From NCBI GenBank assembly GCA_037481835.1, contig JBBFKW010000003.1:160001-224000 (forward strand): a stretch of DNA of 64,000 nucleotides. Reading direction: 5' to 3'. Of this stretch, positions 18,503 to 27,990 are shown piece by piece. This DNA comes from Desulfosoma sp. GTDB lineage: Bacteria; Desulfobacterota; Syntrophobacteria; Syntrophobacterales; DSM-9756. Both the position numbers and the translations under genes were made by a program. How positions within the stretch are numbered: the stretch's first letter is position 1; every line of letters begins with the position of its first letter. The notes beneath the pieces are model-generated. The model ran no database searches and was not told the DNA's origin. It saw only the letters and a program-made list of their open reading frames with translations.

Positions 18503-18991
18503 TCAGGCGTCCACGATCCACACCGTGACGCCGCGTGCGAGGCCGATGACGGACTTGGACACGCTGCCCAGAAAGAATTCCTTGACGCGGCTCAGTCCCC
18601 GCCGTCCCAGGACCACCGTGGAACAGCGCAGAGCCTTGGCCCTTTCCATGATGATGTAGGCGATTTCCTGACCTTCCACGCCGAAATCTTCGAGGATCCG
18701 CGATTCCTCCACACCGCCTTCCCGCAGGATGTCCCGGGCGACGGCGAAGGTGCGCCGCATCTTGTCTTCATCTTCCGGGTTCCAAAAATAGCCGCTCACG
18801 TGGGGATGGGTTTCGTGGATGGCTTCGATGCGGCGGATGACGTCCTTGGAGAGCAAATTGGGGGAGGCGGGCGGCAGGACGTGAAAGAGGATGAACTCCA
18901 CATGGTCGGCCCCTTTAAGCATCCGGGTGAGGTACTGGACGGCTTTGAGGGATCCCGGCCGGTCGTCCATGGCGATGAGCACGCGTTCCAT
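18503..18991 (-). CDS. Universal stress protein
   Basis: VLIAMDD...TVVLGRRGLSRVKEFFLGSVSKSVI. Confidence 0.9.
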   Translation of the reverse strand: MERVLIAMDDRPGSLKAVQYLTRMLKGADHVEFILFHVLPPASPNLLSKDVIRRIEAIHETHPHVSGYFWNPEDEDKMRRTFAVARDILREGGVEESRILEDFGVEGQEIAYIIMERAKALRCSTVVLGRRGLSRVKEFFLGSVSKSVIGLARGVTVWIVDA

Positions 18992-19119
18992 GGGGGGGCT
19001 CCTTTGAAAGGCTGAAGATCCTTAATGATCTTGGCGAGGGAATCGCCCGCCGCGACGCTTTTCCATTCCCACGCGCTCCATATACACCCATGGGCAGCCC
19101 GCTTGCAAGGCACCTTGGC

Positions 19120-19148
19120 TTGACATTGCAGGGGGGCGCCGATAGGAT
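19120..19148 (+). promoter_or_regulatory. Sigma70-type promoter upstream of small ORF-hflKC
   Basis: TTGACA-N17-TAGGAT. Confidence 0.65.
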
Positions 19149-19196
19149 TTGGCGGTCGCCGGCGGGCCGGGGGTCAGGGACGGCGGCGCTTTCTCC

Positions 19197-19400
19197 ATGG
19201 AGCCCGGGGCAAAGGGTGGAAAGGGAAGGGGTGTGCGCTGGAGGGTTCTGGCCGTTCGATCGGTCCTCGGTGTTTTTTTCGCCGTCTTTCTTGGTCGGTT
19301 TTTCTTTCCGGAGGCGCCGGGCGGAAAAATCCTCGTCTTGGCGCTCCTGCTCGTCTTTTCCGCGTACCTTTTGGAAGCGCTTCGGTCCAAGGGACAATGA
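19197..19400 (+). CDS. Small two-TM hypothetical membrane protein
   Basis: 67-aa ORF with two clean hydrophobic helices (VLAVRSVLGVFFAVFLGRFFF; ILVLALLLVFSAYLLEAL), located between the promoter and hflK. Confidence 0.6.
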   Translation: MEPGAKGGKGRGVRWRVLAVRSVLGVFFAVFLGRFFFPEAPGGKILVLALLLVFSAYLLEALRSKGQ

Positions 19401-19490
19401 CCCTGCGGTGCGCTCGGGTTCGAGTCGGCCGGTGCAGAGCAGGCCGCCCCGTTTTTCGGCGGCCCGCCGGGGTGTGTCAAGGAGGTTTTC

Positions 19491-20561
19491 ATGGACTGGG
19501 AAAGGCCCCCGCGTCGGGGACAGGGTCCGGGCGTTCCGCCCGACTTGGAAGATGTCATTAACCGGTTGCGGCAGCGGTTCCAATTTCCCGCGTTCAGAGG
19601 CGGTGCCTTCTGGGGGGTGGCGGCCGTGGTGGTGCTCATCGTTTTGGCCGCCAACGCCTACTATACGGTGGAACCTCAGGAGACGGCCGTGGTCCAGCGC
19701 TTCGGCCGGTTCGTGCGCACGGAAGGCCCGGGCCTCCATTTCAAGATCCCCTTCGGCGTGGAAACCGTCACCAAGGTCCTCACCGGCCGGGTGCTCCAGC
19801 GCGAGTACGGCTACCGGACCGTAACGCCGGGCGTGCGCAGCCGCTTCGCCGAAAAGGGCTTCGAGGATGAATCCCGCATGCTCAGCGGCGACCTCAATGT
19901 CATCGACCTCCAGTGGACCGTCCAGTACAAGATCCAGGACCCCATGGAGTACCTCTTTCGGCTCTACGATGTGGAAAGCACGCTGGACGACATTTCCGAA
20001 TCGGTCATGCGCCGCATCGTGGGCAACCGCTACGCCGACGAGGTCCTGACCGTGGGGCGCGGTTCCGTCGCCGAATTGGCCCGCAAGGAAATCCAGGAAA
20101 TCATGAACACGTACCACACGGGCCTCCAGATCGTGACGGTGAAGCTCCAAAACGCCAACCCGCCCGATCCCGTCAAGGCCGCCTTCAACGAAGTGAACGA
20201 AGCGCGCCAAGAAAAGGAGCGCATGATCAACGAAGCCCAGCAGGTCTACAACGAACGCATCCCCAAGGCTCGAGGCCAGGCCCGCCAGACCATCACCCAG
20301 GCGGAAGGCTACGCGACGGAACGGATCAACCGCGCCGAAGGGGAAACGGCCCGATTCCGAAACATCATCGAAGAATACGAGAAGGCTCCCGAGGTCACGC
20401 GCCGGCGCATGTACCTGGAAGCCATGACCACCTTTCTGGGAAAGGAAGGAAACGTCTTGGTGCTGGACTCCGATTCCGCGGGCGTTCTTCCCCTGCTGGA
20501 CCTGAATGAGGTCGTCGGTCAATGGGCCGAAGCGGGCCCCGCGGCCCAAAAGAAGGAGTAG
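19491..20561 (+). CDS. hflK: FtsH protease modulator HflK
   Basis: PPDLED N-terminus, TM helix, SPFH domain (PGLHFKIPFGVE), QAEGY...AEGE...APEVTRRRMYLE. Confidence 0.95.
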   Translation: MDWERPPRRGQGPGVPPDLEDVINRLRQRFQFPAFRGGAFWGVAAVVVLIVLAANAYYTVEPQETAVVQRFGRFVRTEGPGLHFKIPFGVETVTKVLTGRVLQREYGYRTVTPGVRSRFAEKGFEDESRMLSGDLNVIDLQWTVQYKIQDPMEYLFRLYDVESTLDDISESVMRRIVGNRYADEVLTVGRGSVAELARKEIQEIMNTYHTGLQIVTVKLQNANPPDPVKAAFNEVNEARQEKERMINEAQQVYNERIPKARGQARQTITQAEGYATERINRAEGETARFRNIIEEYEKAPEVTRRRMYLEAMTTFLGKEGNVLVLDSDSAGVLPLLDLNEVVGQWAEAGPAAQKKE

Positions 20562-20566
20562 CCGCC

Positions 20567-21562
20567 ATGCCGCAAAACCTTCGCACAGCGATCATCGCGC
20601 TCATCGTGCTGGGATTCCTGGCGGCCAGTTCCCTTTTCGTCGTGTCCGAAACGGAACAGGTGGTCATCACCCAGCTGGGCCGCCCCGTCGGGAAGCCCAT
20701 CACCGAGGCCGGGCTGCATTTCAAGATTCCCGTCATTCAAAAGGCCAACTTTTTCGAAAAGAGGGTCCTCAAGTGGGACGGCAGCCCCAACCAGATCCCC
20801 ACCCGGGACAAGAAATACATCTGGGTGGACACCACCGCCCGGTGGCGCATCAAGGATCCGCTGCTGTTCCTCCAGCGGGTGGGGTCGGTGAGCACGGCCA
20901 TGAGCCGCCTGGACGGCATCATTGATTCGGTGGTGCGCGACCATGTGTCCAACAACAATTTGGTGGAACTGGTGCGCAGCGAAGGCTGGGAACACGCCCG
21001 AGAAATCCTCATGGAAGCCGGGCTGGGGGACTACCAGCTCATGGCGGGAGACGAAGGGGAAGGGGATTCGGAAGCGTCCGCACCCCTTGCCAAGGGACGG
21101 GAAAAGATCACGCGGGATATGGTGGCCGATGCGTCGCGGTTGCTTCCCGAATTCGGGATCGAGCTCCTCGATATCCGCATCAAGCGCATCAACTACGTGC
21201 AGACCGTGCAGCAGCGCGTCTTCGAACGGATGATTTCGGAACGCAAACGCATCGCCGCCCAGTACCGTTCCGAAGGGGAAGGGGAACGCGCCGCCATCCT
21301 CGGCCAGATGGAGAGGGATCTGGCCAGGATCCAATCGGAAGCGTACCGAACGGCGGAAGAAATCCGCGGGAAGGCGGACGCCCAGGCCACCCGCATTTAT
21401 GCGGAAGCTTTCGGCCGGGATCCGGAATTTTACCAATTTTACCAAACGCTCGATTTCTACAAGAGCTTCAACAATCCCCGGGGGCTTTTCGTTCTGGGAA
21501 CGGATGCCGAACTGTTCCGGTACCTCAAGGACCGGGACCCCGAAGGTGTTGAAGGGCCTTGA
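20567..21562 (+). CDS. hflC: FtsH protease modulator HflC
   Basis: GLHFKIPVIQ, IKRINY, RMISERKRIAAQYRSEG, DPEFY; follows hflK. Confidence 0.95.
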   Translation: MPQNLRTAIIALIVLGFLAASSLFVVSETEQVVITQLGRPVGKPITEAGLHFKIPVIQKANFFEKRVLKWDGSPNQIPTRDKKYIWVDTTARWRIKDPLLFLQRVGSVSTAMSRLDGIIDSVVRDHVSNNNLVELVRSEGWEHAREILMEAGLGDYQLMAGDEGEGDSEASAPLAKGREKITRDMVADASRLLPEFGIELLDIRIKRINYVQTVQQRVFERMISERKRIAAQYRSEGEGERAAILGQMERDLARIQSEAYRTAEEIRGKADAQATRIYAEAFGRDPEFYQFYQTLDFYKSFNNPRGLFVLGTDAELFRYLKDRDPEGVEGP

Positions 21563-21623
21563 GCCCGGGGACGGAAGGCGGGGCGGCGCAGAAAGGGAAA
21601 CAGCCGATGAATCGGAGTGCGGG

Positions 21624-22841
21624 ATGATTGCCGTGGAAGAAAATCCTCAGAATGTGCAGCAGGCGGACATCGTGGTCGCCATTCCCACGTTCAACGAGGC
21701 GGCCTTCATCGGCCGGGCGGTGGAAATCGTGGGGCGGGGCCTTCGGGAACACTACCCGGATCGTTCTTCGGTCATCATCAACTGCGACAACCATTCCGTG
21801 GACGGCACGCGGGAGGCCTTCTTTCAGGCGCCCGTCGAGGTGCCCCGGCTGTACCTTTCGACGGAACCCAACCGGCGCGGCAAGGGCGCCAACCTGCGCA
21901 TGCTCCTGGAAAAACTCACGGCCCTCAACCCCCACGCCGTCCTCATCCTCGAAGCGGACATCACCAACATGGCGCCGGTGTGGGTGCGGCTGTTCCTCGA
22001 ACCCGTGTTTCGAGGGGCGGCCTACGTGACACCGCTCTACGTGCGCCACAAGTACGAAAGCACTTTGACGTCGACCGTCGTCTACCCCATGCTGCGATGC
22101 CTCTACGGGCGTCGAGTGCGCCAGCCCGATGCGGGCGACTGCGCTTTTCGAGGCGACTTGGTCGGCGCGTTTTTGAACGCGCCCGCCTGGTCCGAAGCCG
22201 TGGACGGCACGGGAATCGACGTGTGGATGGGCACCGTGGCCCTCACGTGCCGGGTTCCCGTCTGGCAAAGCCTCATCGGTTCCCCCAAGAGACACCGGGC
22301 CAAGGACCCCTTTGCCCATCTGGCCGCCCGCTTTCGAAACATCCTCACGGCCATGTTCGACCAGATGGCGGCCTACGCCCACTTGTGGACACGGGTCAAA
22401 TGGAGCAAGCCCACGGCGCTGTTCAACCTGGACGGCCACGAGATGGACAACCCGCCCCTGGTGGAAATCAACGCCGCGCGGCTGCACCAGCGTTTCTTGG
22501 AAGGCTTTCCGGAAAACGAAAGCCTGTGGCGCCAGGTGTTCGACCCGGCGGTCATGAACAAGCTGGACGAAATCCGGCGCATGCCTTACGAGCAGTTCAC
22601 CTTCCCGAGCCAGACGTGGGCGGCGGTCTTGTTTGATGCGGCCTGCGCTTACCAGCGCCTGGAAAACCAAGAGCGCCCCAGGCTCTTGGATTCCCTCATT
22701 CCGCTTTACCTGGGCAAGGTGGTGGCCTTCGTCAAACGCACGGAACGCATGTCCGTTCAGCAGGCGGAAGATCACGTGGAAGAAACCTGCGCCATCTTCG
22801 AAGAGTACAAACCCTATCTGGTGGATCGATGGCCTTCATGA
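21624..22841 (+). CDS. GT-A glycosyltransferase related to glucosylglycerate/mannosylglycerate synthases
   Basis: DIVVAIPTFNE, DNHSVDGT, GKGANL, PLYVRHKY, LYGRRVRQP, GIDVWM, PLYLGKV and KPYLVDRW motifs. Confidence 0.7.
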   Translation: MIAVEENPQNVQQADIVVAIPTFNEAAFIGRAVEIVGRGLREHYPDRSSVIINCDNHSVDGTREAFFQAPVEVPRLYLSTEPNRRGKGANLRMLLEKLTALNPHAVLILEADITNMAPVWVRLFLEPVFRGAAYVTPLYVRHKYESTLTSTVVYPMLRCLYGRRVRQPDAGDCAFRGDLVGAFLNAPAWSEAVDGTGIDVWMGTVALTCRVPVWQSLIGSPKRHRAKDPFAHLAARFRNILTAMFDQMAAYAHLWTRVKWSKPTALFNLDGHEMDNPPLVEINAARLHQRFLEGFPENESLWRQVFDPAVMNKLDEIRRMPYEQFTFPSQTWAAVLFDAACAYQRLENQERPRLLDSLIPLYLGKVVAFVKRTERMSVQQAEDHVEETCAIFEEYKPYLVDRWPS

Positions 22842-22892
22842 AAAGGGGCGCGCGCATTGGACGGCGCCTCCGCGTGCGGCAGGAGGGACCCT

Positions 22893-23258
22893 ATGGCGAA
22901 GATTTTGGTCGTGGACGATGAAGAACACATCCGGCTGCTCTACTCGGAAGAACTCCGGGACGCGGGATACGAAGTCATTACGGCGGAAAGCGGCCACAAG
23001 CTCTTGGAACGCATCGAAGAAGAAAAACCGGATTTGGTCATCTTGGACATCAAGATGGTGGACTACGACGGGCTGGACCTCCTCCAGGACATCCGCAGCC
23101 GGTTTTACGATTTGCCGGTCATCCTTTCCACCGCCTACGACACGTTCAAGGAAGATTCCAAGTCCATCGCCGCGGACTATTACGTCGTGAAAAGCTTCGA
23201 TTTGACGGAGCTCAAAAAAAAGATCGCCATGGCTTTGGAAACCCACCTGCCGGGCTGA
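22893..23258 (+). CDS. Single-domain response regulator
   Basis: KILVVDDE...PDLVILDIKM...LSTAY...YVVKS. Confidence 0.93.
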   Translation: MAKILVVDDEEHIRLLYSEELRDAGYEVITAESGHKLLERIEEEKPDLVILDIKMVDYDGLDLLQDIRSRFYDLPVILSTAYDTFKEDSKSIAADYYVVKSFDLTELKKKIAMALETHLPG

Positions 23259-23277
23259 ACCGGCCCTCCTCCTGCGG

Positions 23278-24354
23278 CTACTGGGGGGCGCGGACCCAAA
23301 GGGCCGCGCCGACGGCGGCGAAAAGAACGTTGGGAGCCCAGACCCCTACGGCGACGGGAAGCATTTCGGAGCGGGCGAAAGAGGCGCCCGTTTGAAAAAG
23401 CACCAGGTAAAGGAATGTGAGGCCCAAGCCCATGGTGATGCCGAGGGCGATCCCGCTCCGGTGTCCCAGGTGGAGGCTCAGGCTCACGCCGATGATCCCC
23501 AGGATGACGGCGGCGAAGGCCGTGGCGACCCGGGTGTGGAGTTCCACCCGGTAGGGGACGGCGTTGTAGCCTTCATCCCCAAGTTTTCTCGCGTAGACGT
23601 AAAGATCGTCCCACCGGAGATCTTCCGGTAGCGTTGCCGCCACGGCAAGGTCTTTGGGTTCCAACCTCAAGGGCACATCCATGGCTTGGAAGCTGCGATG
23701 CCGTGCCGTGCCCCCTTCCCATTCCAGGACGGTTCCCTTTTCCGCCCGCCATCCCGATCCGCTCCATAGCACGCGCTGCGCGTCCAGGCGGCGGCGCAAA
23801 CGAAAGTTATCATCCAGGGAATACAGCGAAACCCCCTGAAAAACCCGGGCTCTGGCATCATAGGTCCGGGCCTGCAGGAAAAAGTCGTCGCCCCGGTACC
23901 AGACGTTTTCCTGGACGAAACCCAGCGCGGTCCCTTTCTTGTCGATCTTTTCACGCCAGAGGGTTTCGGCCTGATGGCTCAGGGACCGTCCCAGGGTTTC
24001 CCCCGCTGCGAAGGTCACCAGGGCGAGCCCCACGGAAGCGGCCAGCACCGGGCCGGCATAGACCCAGGCTCGAAGCCCCGCGGCGCGAAGGGCGATGATT
24101 TCCCGGTTTCGCTGAAGCAGCCCGAGTCCGATGAGGGAGGCGAGAAGGACGCCCATGGGGATGCCTTGGATGAGGATGGCGGGCACCTTGTAGGCGAAGT
24201 AGAGGACGGCGTCCGGGGCGGCCGCCTTTTTTTCGATGATGTCGTCCAGCCGTTCAAAAAAATCCACCACGAGGTAAATGCCGCCGAAGCCGAACAGGGC
24301 GAGCCCGAAAACGGCGGCGAAATGGCGCAGCACGTAGCGGGTGATGATCTTCAT
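23278..24354 (-). CDS. lptG: LPS export permease LptG
   Basis: YjgP/Q family (REIIALRAAG; VWAPNVLF); paired with lptF. Confidence 0.85.
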   Translation of the reverse strand: MKIITRYVLRHFAAVFGLALFGFGGIYLVVDFFERLDDIIEKKAAAPDAVLYFAYKVPAILIQGIPMGVLLASLIGLGLLQRNREIIALRAAGLRAWVYAGPVLAASVGLALVTFAAGETLGRSLSHQAETLWREKIDKKGTALGFVQENVWYRGDDFFLQARTYDARARVFQGVSLYSLDDNFRLRRRLDAQRVLWSGSGWRAEKGTVLEWEGGTARHRSFQAMDVPLRLEPKDLAVAATLPEDLRWDDLYVYARKLGDEGYNAVPYRVELHTRVATAFAAVILGIIGVSLSLHLGHRSGIALGITMGLGLTFLYLVLFQTGASFARSEMLPVAVGVWAPNVLFAAVGAALWVRAPQ

Positions 24355-25439
24355 CGCCGATGCGCCTTTCCCCAGAGAAAGAGGGCCAGGGATCCGGTGG
24401 CTGCGTTGGGGAACCAGATGCCTGCGGCGGGCGGCACGAGTCCCTGTTCACCCAGCGCGTTTCCGGCGGAAAGGAGGATGTAGTAGGCGAGAAAGAGGGC
24501 GATGCCCAGGGTGATGCCGCCCATGCGCCGCCCCTGGGGAAAGAGGACGCCGAAGGGGGCGGCGGCCAGGCCCAAGACGAGGCAGGCGAAAGGCAGGGCC
24601 AATCGCTTGTGCCATTCCAGGGCGTAGCGCCGATCCTGGGTTTGGACCAAGGCGCGCTGCAATTCGTCCATGGTCATTTCCCCTTTTTTCCACACGGTTT
24701 CCGAATCCACCCCGAAAAGGGCGTCGATGGATAGAACGAGGTCGTAGGTCTGGAAGGTGATCGTCTGGCTCGTCTTGAGGTCCGATCCCATTCGCGAGAG
24801 CATGCCGTCCTGGACCTGGATGACCACTTCCTTGCCGTCGGCGCGTTCCCTGAGGGCGGCTCGGCGGGCTGTAATGGTCACGCGCGTTCGGGGGTCTCGG
24901 GCGTCGTGGATGAGCACCCCGCGGACGGTTTGTTCCTGAGCGTCCACGTGGTCGAAGAAGAAGACCATGTGCGGGACCGTGTCGATAAAGCGCCCTTCGC
25001 GCAGGAGGGCCGGGATGACGGCGCGGCCCAGGGACTTGAGGGTCGTCTTCAAGTGACGGTTTGCGGTTGGCAGGAGCCGGGTTGACGTGTAAAAGGACAA
25101 GGCGGTGAAGGCCAGGGCGAGGGTGAGCACGGCCGGGGCCATCTGTCGGAAGCCGATGCCGGCGCTGCGCATGGCGGTGATTTCGTTGTCGGCGTTGAGG
25201 CGCACGAAGGCGAGCACCGTCCCGATGAGACCGGCCATGGGCAAGGCGTACAAGACGAGTTTGGGCAGGGCCAGCCCCATGACCGTGACGACGACGGCCG
25301 GAGAGACCGAGGCGGCGGTGAGGTATTGGAGGAACTGCATGAGCCGGCCGGTAATGAGAATCATGAGCAGTCCGAAGAAGCACAGCGTCGCCGGCGTCAG
25401 CTGTTCCATCACAAGATACCGGTAAAGAATCCAGCCCAT
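24351..25439 (-). CDS. lptF: LPS export permease LptF
   Basis: RLNADNEITAMRSAG, EWHKRLALPFACL and WFPN. Confidence 0.85.
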   Translation of the reverse strand: MGWILYRYLVMEQLTPATLCFFGLLMILITGRLMQFLQYLTAASVSPAVVVTVMGLALPKLVLYALPMAGLIGTVLAFVRLNADNEITAMRSAGIGFRQMAPAVLTLALAFTALSFYTSTRLLPTANRHLKTTLKSLGRAVIPALLREGRFIDTVPHMVFFFDHVDAQEQTVRGVLIHDARDPRTRVTITARRAALRERADGKEVVIQVQDGMLSRMGSDLKTSQTITFQTYDLVLSIDALFGVDSETVWKKGEMTMDELQRALVQTQDRRYALEWHKRLALPFACLVLGLAAAPFGVLFPQGRRMGGITLGIALFLAYYILLSAGNALGEQGLVPPAAGIWFPNAATGSLALFLWGKAHRR

Positions 25440-25499
25440 GGGCTTCCTCGGACGTTCGGCGAAAGGGCGCCTCCCCGATTTTCCGGGGGCGGCGTTTGC

Positions 25500-25581
25500 C
25501 TTGGGGTTCGCTGCGCTCACCCCTGCTTACGGGTTATGAGCTCCCCGAAAGGGAGTCGGGGTGAGCGAAGCGCCCCCCAAC
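25500..25581. repeat. Degenerate inverted REP doublet between lptF and dgt
   Basis: REP(-) CTTGGGGTTCGCTGCGCTCACCCCTGCTTAC and REP(+) GGGAGTCGGGGTGAGCGAAGCGCCCCCCAAC, about 20 bp apart. Confidence 0.75.
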
Positions 25582-25616
25582 ACCCGGCTCCTTACCGGAA
25601 GCCATCGAGGTGGTCA

Positions 25617-26696
25617 ATGCCCAAAGGGACGGACACAACACGTGCGGATTTTGCCACCGTGCGCCAATGGCTGGAAAACCGGGAAATTCACATGCTCGCC
25701 CCCCAGGCGCAAAAGAGCGTCGCCACCCGTGGGCGCCTCCATGCCAATGATCCCGAATGCCCGCTGCGCACGGCCTATCAGCGGGATCGGGACCGCATCG
25801 TCCATTCCAAGGCCTTCCGGCGGCTCAAGCACAAGACCCAGGTGTTCCTGTCCCCCACGGGCGACCACTACCGCACGCGCCTCACCCACACCCTGGAAGT
25901 CTCCCAAATCGCCCGCACCATCGGCCGGGCGCTCGCCCTGAACGAAGATCTCATCGAAGCCGTGGCTCTGGGCCATGACCTGGGCCACACGCCCTTCGGC
26001 CACGGCGGCGAACGGGTCTTGAACGAGATCCACCCGGGCGGGTTCCGCCATCATGAGCAGAGCCTGCGCGTGGTGGATTCCCTGGAAAAAGGAGGCCGCG
26101 GGCTCAACCTCACTTTCGAAGTTCGGGACGGTATCGTCAAGCATTCCAAGGGAAAGACCCATCCCATCCTGACGGAACCCGGCCGCAGGCCCGTGACGCT
26201 GGAAGGGCAGGTGGTTCGGGTCGCGGACATCGTGGCGTACCTCAACCACGACCTGGATGACGCCATGCGGGCCCATGTGCTGTCGGCCGACGAGCTTCCC
26301 TCATCTATCCGGGACCGCTTGGGGGACACCCATGCCCGCCGGATCCACACGCTGGTGGAAGACGTCATCACGGCAAGCCTGGAAGGCGGTCTGGAAGAGA
26401 TCCGCATGAGCGAGCCCATGCTGCGCCTGGTGGAAGAGCTCCGAGCCTTTCTCTTCGAAAGGGTCTACGAATTGGACACCATCCGCCGGGAATTCGAACG
26501 GGCCCGAAAGATCATCGAAGACCTCTACACCGTTCTCATCAAGGACAAGGACCTGTTCCGGAGTGAAGTGGGCCCCCGGGACCCGCGCCTGTCGCGAGCC
26601 CAGCAGGTCTGCGACCACATCGCCGGCATGACCGACCGGTACGCTCTGGATCTCTACAAGAAGATTTTCCTTCCGCGCCCGTGGATGCGCCTGTGA
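25617..26696 (+). CDS. dgt: Deoxyguanosinetriphosphate triphosphohydrolase (HD domain)
   Basis: RTAYQRDRDRIVHSKAFRRLKHKTQVF, RTRLTHTLEV, GHDLGHTPFGHGGE, ADIVAYLNHD and IAGMTDRYA. Confidence 0.95.
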   Translation: MPKGTDTTRADFATVRQWLENREIHMLAPQAQKSVATRGRLHANDPECPLRTAYQRDRDRIVHSKAFRRLKHKTQVFLSPTGDHYRTRLTHTLEVSQIARTIGRALALNEDLIEAVALGHDLGHTPFGHGGERVLNEIHPGGFRHHEQSLRVVDSLEKGGRGLNLTFEVRDGIVKHSKGKTHPILTEPGRRPVTLEGQVVRVADIVAYLNHDLDDAMRAHVLSADELPSSIRDRLGDTHARRIHTLVEDVITASLEGGLEEIRMSEPMLRLVEELRAFLFERVYELDTIRREFERARKIIEDLYTVLIKDKDLFRSEVGPRDPRLSRAQQVCDHIAGMTDRYALDLYKKIFLPRPWMRL

Positions 26697-26846
26697 CGGT
26701 AAGACCTTGGAATCGCTTGACACTGATTTTTCGGCCGTGCTAACGCTTCCGTGTTTTGAAAGGCCCCGCTGCGAGGAAGGGGGGCAAGCCGTGGTCAGGG
26801 CCGCACGCCCCTGTGGGGGCGCGCTCGGGCATGACAAGGAGATGCC

Positions 26847-27950
26847 ATGAAAGATCCCAAGAAACCGGATCGGAAAACGGACGATCGTGCGGCCGGGCAT
26901 GATGATATTCGCGACTTGTTCAAGGACATCGAGGACCTGGACCGATCGGCCGTGGACGGGGAAGACGAAGACGTCCTGGAACTCGATGAAGTGGTGGACG
27001 ATGGCGAGGAGGGCCTCAAGGACCTTCCCGACTTGGAAGACGATCTGGCCGACCTGGCCGATCTGGATGAGGCGGAGCCGGCCTTGGGCGAGCCCGAGCT
27101 CGAGGAATCCCTTTTCGATGAGGAAGTGACGGTGGAATTGGCGCCGCCGGAAAAGGGGTTGGAACGCCCCCGGGAACCGCTCATGGAAGCGGCCGAAGAC
27201 GACGAGACGGCCTTGGAAGAAGATCTGGGAGGGCCGGAAGAAACGCCTTTGCCGGACCTGGAGGACGTGCTGGAGCCGGCGGAGGCCTCGGCGGAAGCCT
27301 TGGAGAGGGAAATCCTGGACGAGCCGTCGGCGGAAGACGAAGGGGACGTGGACGATTTGGGCGAGGCGGAGCCTGAGCCGGAGCCCCTGGAAACCGAGGT
27401 CTGGGATACCGACGAGGAGCTGGAAGCGTTGCTCAAAACCGCCGGAGCGGCCGTGGCGGCCGAAGGGGAACCGGCACTGGAACCGCAAAGGGCACCTGAA
27501 CCGGAGCCTCAATGGGAACAGGAACCGAAATGGCGACCGGAAGCCGACGCACGGGAAGAAGCCGAGCCGGTTTTCGAGGAGCCCGTCACCGAGGAGCAAT
27601 TGCTGCCGCCCGAGAAGGCCGTGCGGTTGGAGGGTGAGGATTTGGAACCGATCCGGGATGTGCCGGCTGCCGAGCGGGCCGTGCCGGACAGTGTGGACTT
27701 GGCGATCTTGGGAGCGGCCGCGGGCGGTGCTGGAGCCGCTGCCGTTTCCACGACAGCAACCGAAAGTGCCGAGGAGGCGATGATGGAAGAACGGCCTGCC
27801 ATGTTCCAACCCATTGTGGAAGTTTTGGAAAAGCGGCTCCAGGCCAGGGTCCAGGCCATGGTGCAGAAGGCGGTCCAGGAACAACTGCCGGGCATTGTGC
27901 GGCGGGTGTTGCAGGAAGAAATCGAGCGGCTTTCCAAGAGCTTGGGCTGA
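26847..27950 (+). CDS. Acidic Pro/Glu/Asp-rich disordered protein with PopZ-like C-terminal helices
   Basis: SD AAGGAG. About 117/367 residues are D/E by hand count. C-terminus LPGIVRRVLQEEIERLSK; ends 40 bp before valS. Confidence 0.75.
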   Translation: MKDPKKPDRKTDDRAAGHDDIRDLFKDIEDLDRSAVDGEDEDVLELDEVVDDGEEGLKDLPDLEDDLADLADLDEAEPALGEPELEESLFDEEVTVELAPPEKGLERPREPLMEAAEDDETALEEDLGGPEETPLPDLEDVLEPAEASAEALEREILDEPSAEDEGDVDDLGEAEPEPEPLETEVWDTDEELEALLKTAGAAVAAEGEPALEPQRAPEPEPQWEQEPKWRPEADAREEAEPVFEEPVTEEQLLPPEKAVRLEGEDLEPIRDVPAAERAVPDSVDLAILGAAAGGAGAAAVSTTATESAEEAMMEERPAMFQPIVEVLEKRLQARVQAMVQKAVQEQLPGIVRRVLQEEIERLSKSLG

Positions 27951-27990
27951 ACAGAAAGGATGCGGGCACGAGGGTGGAGGGATCTTCTTG

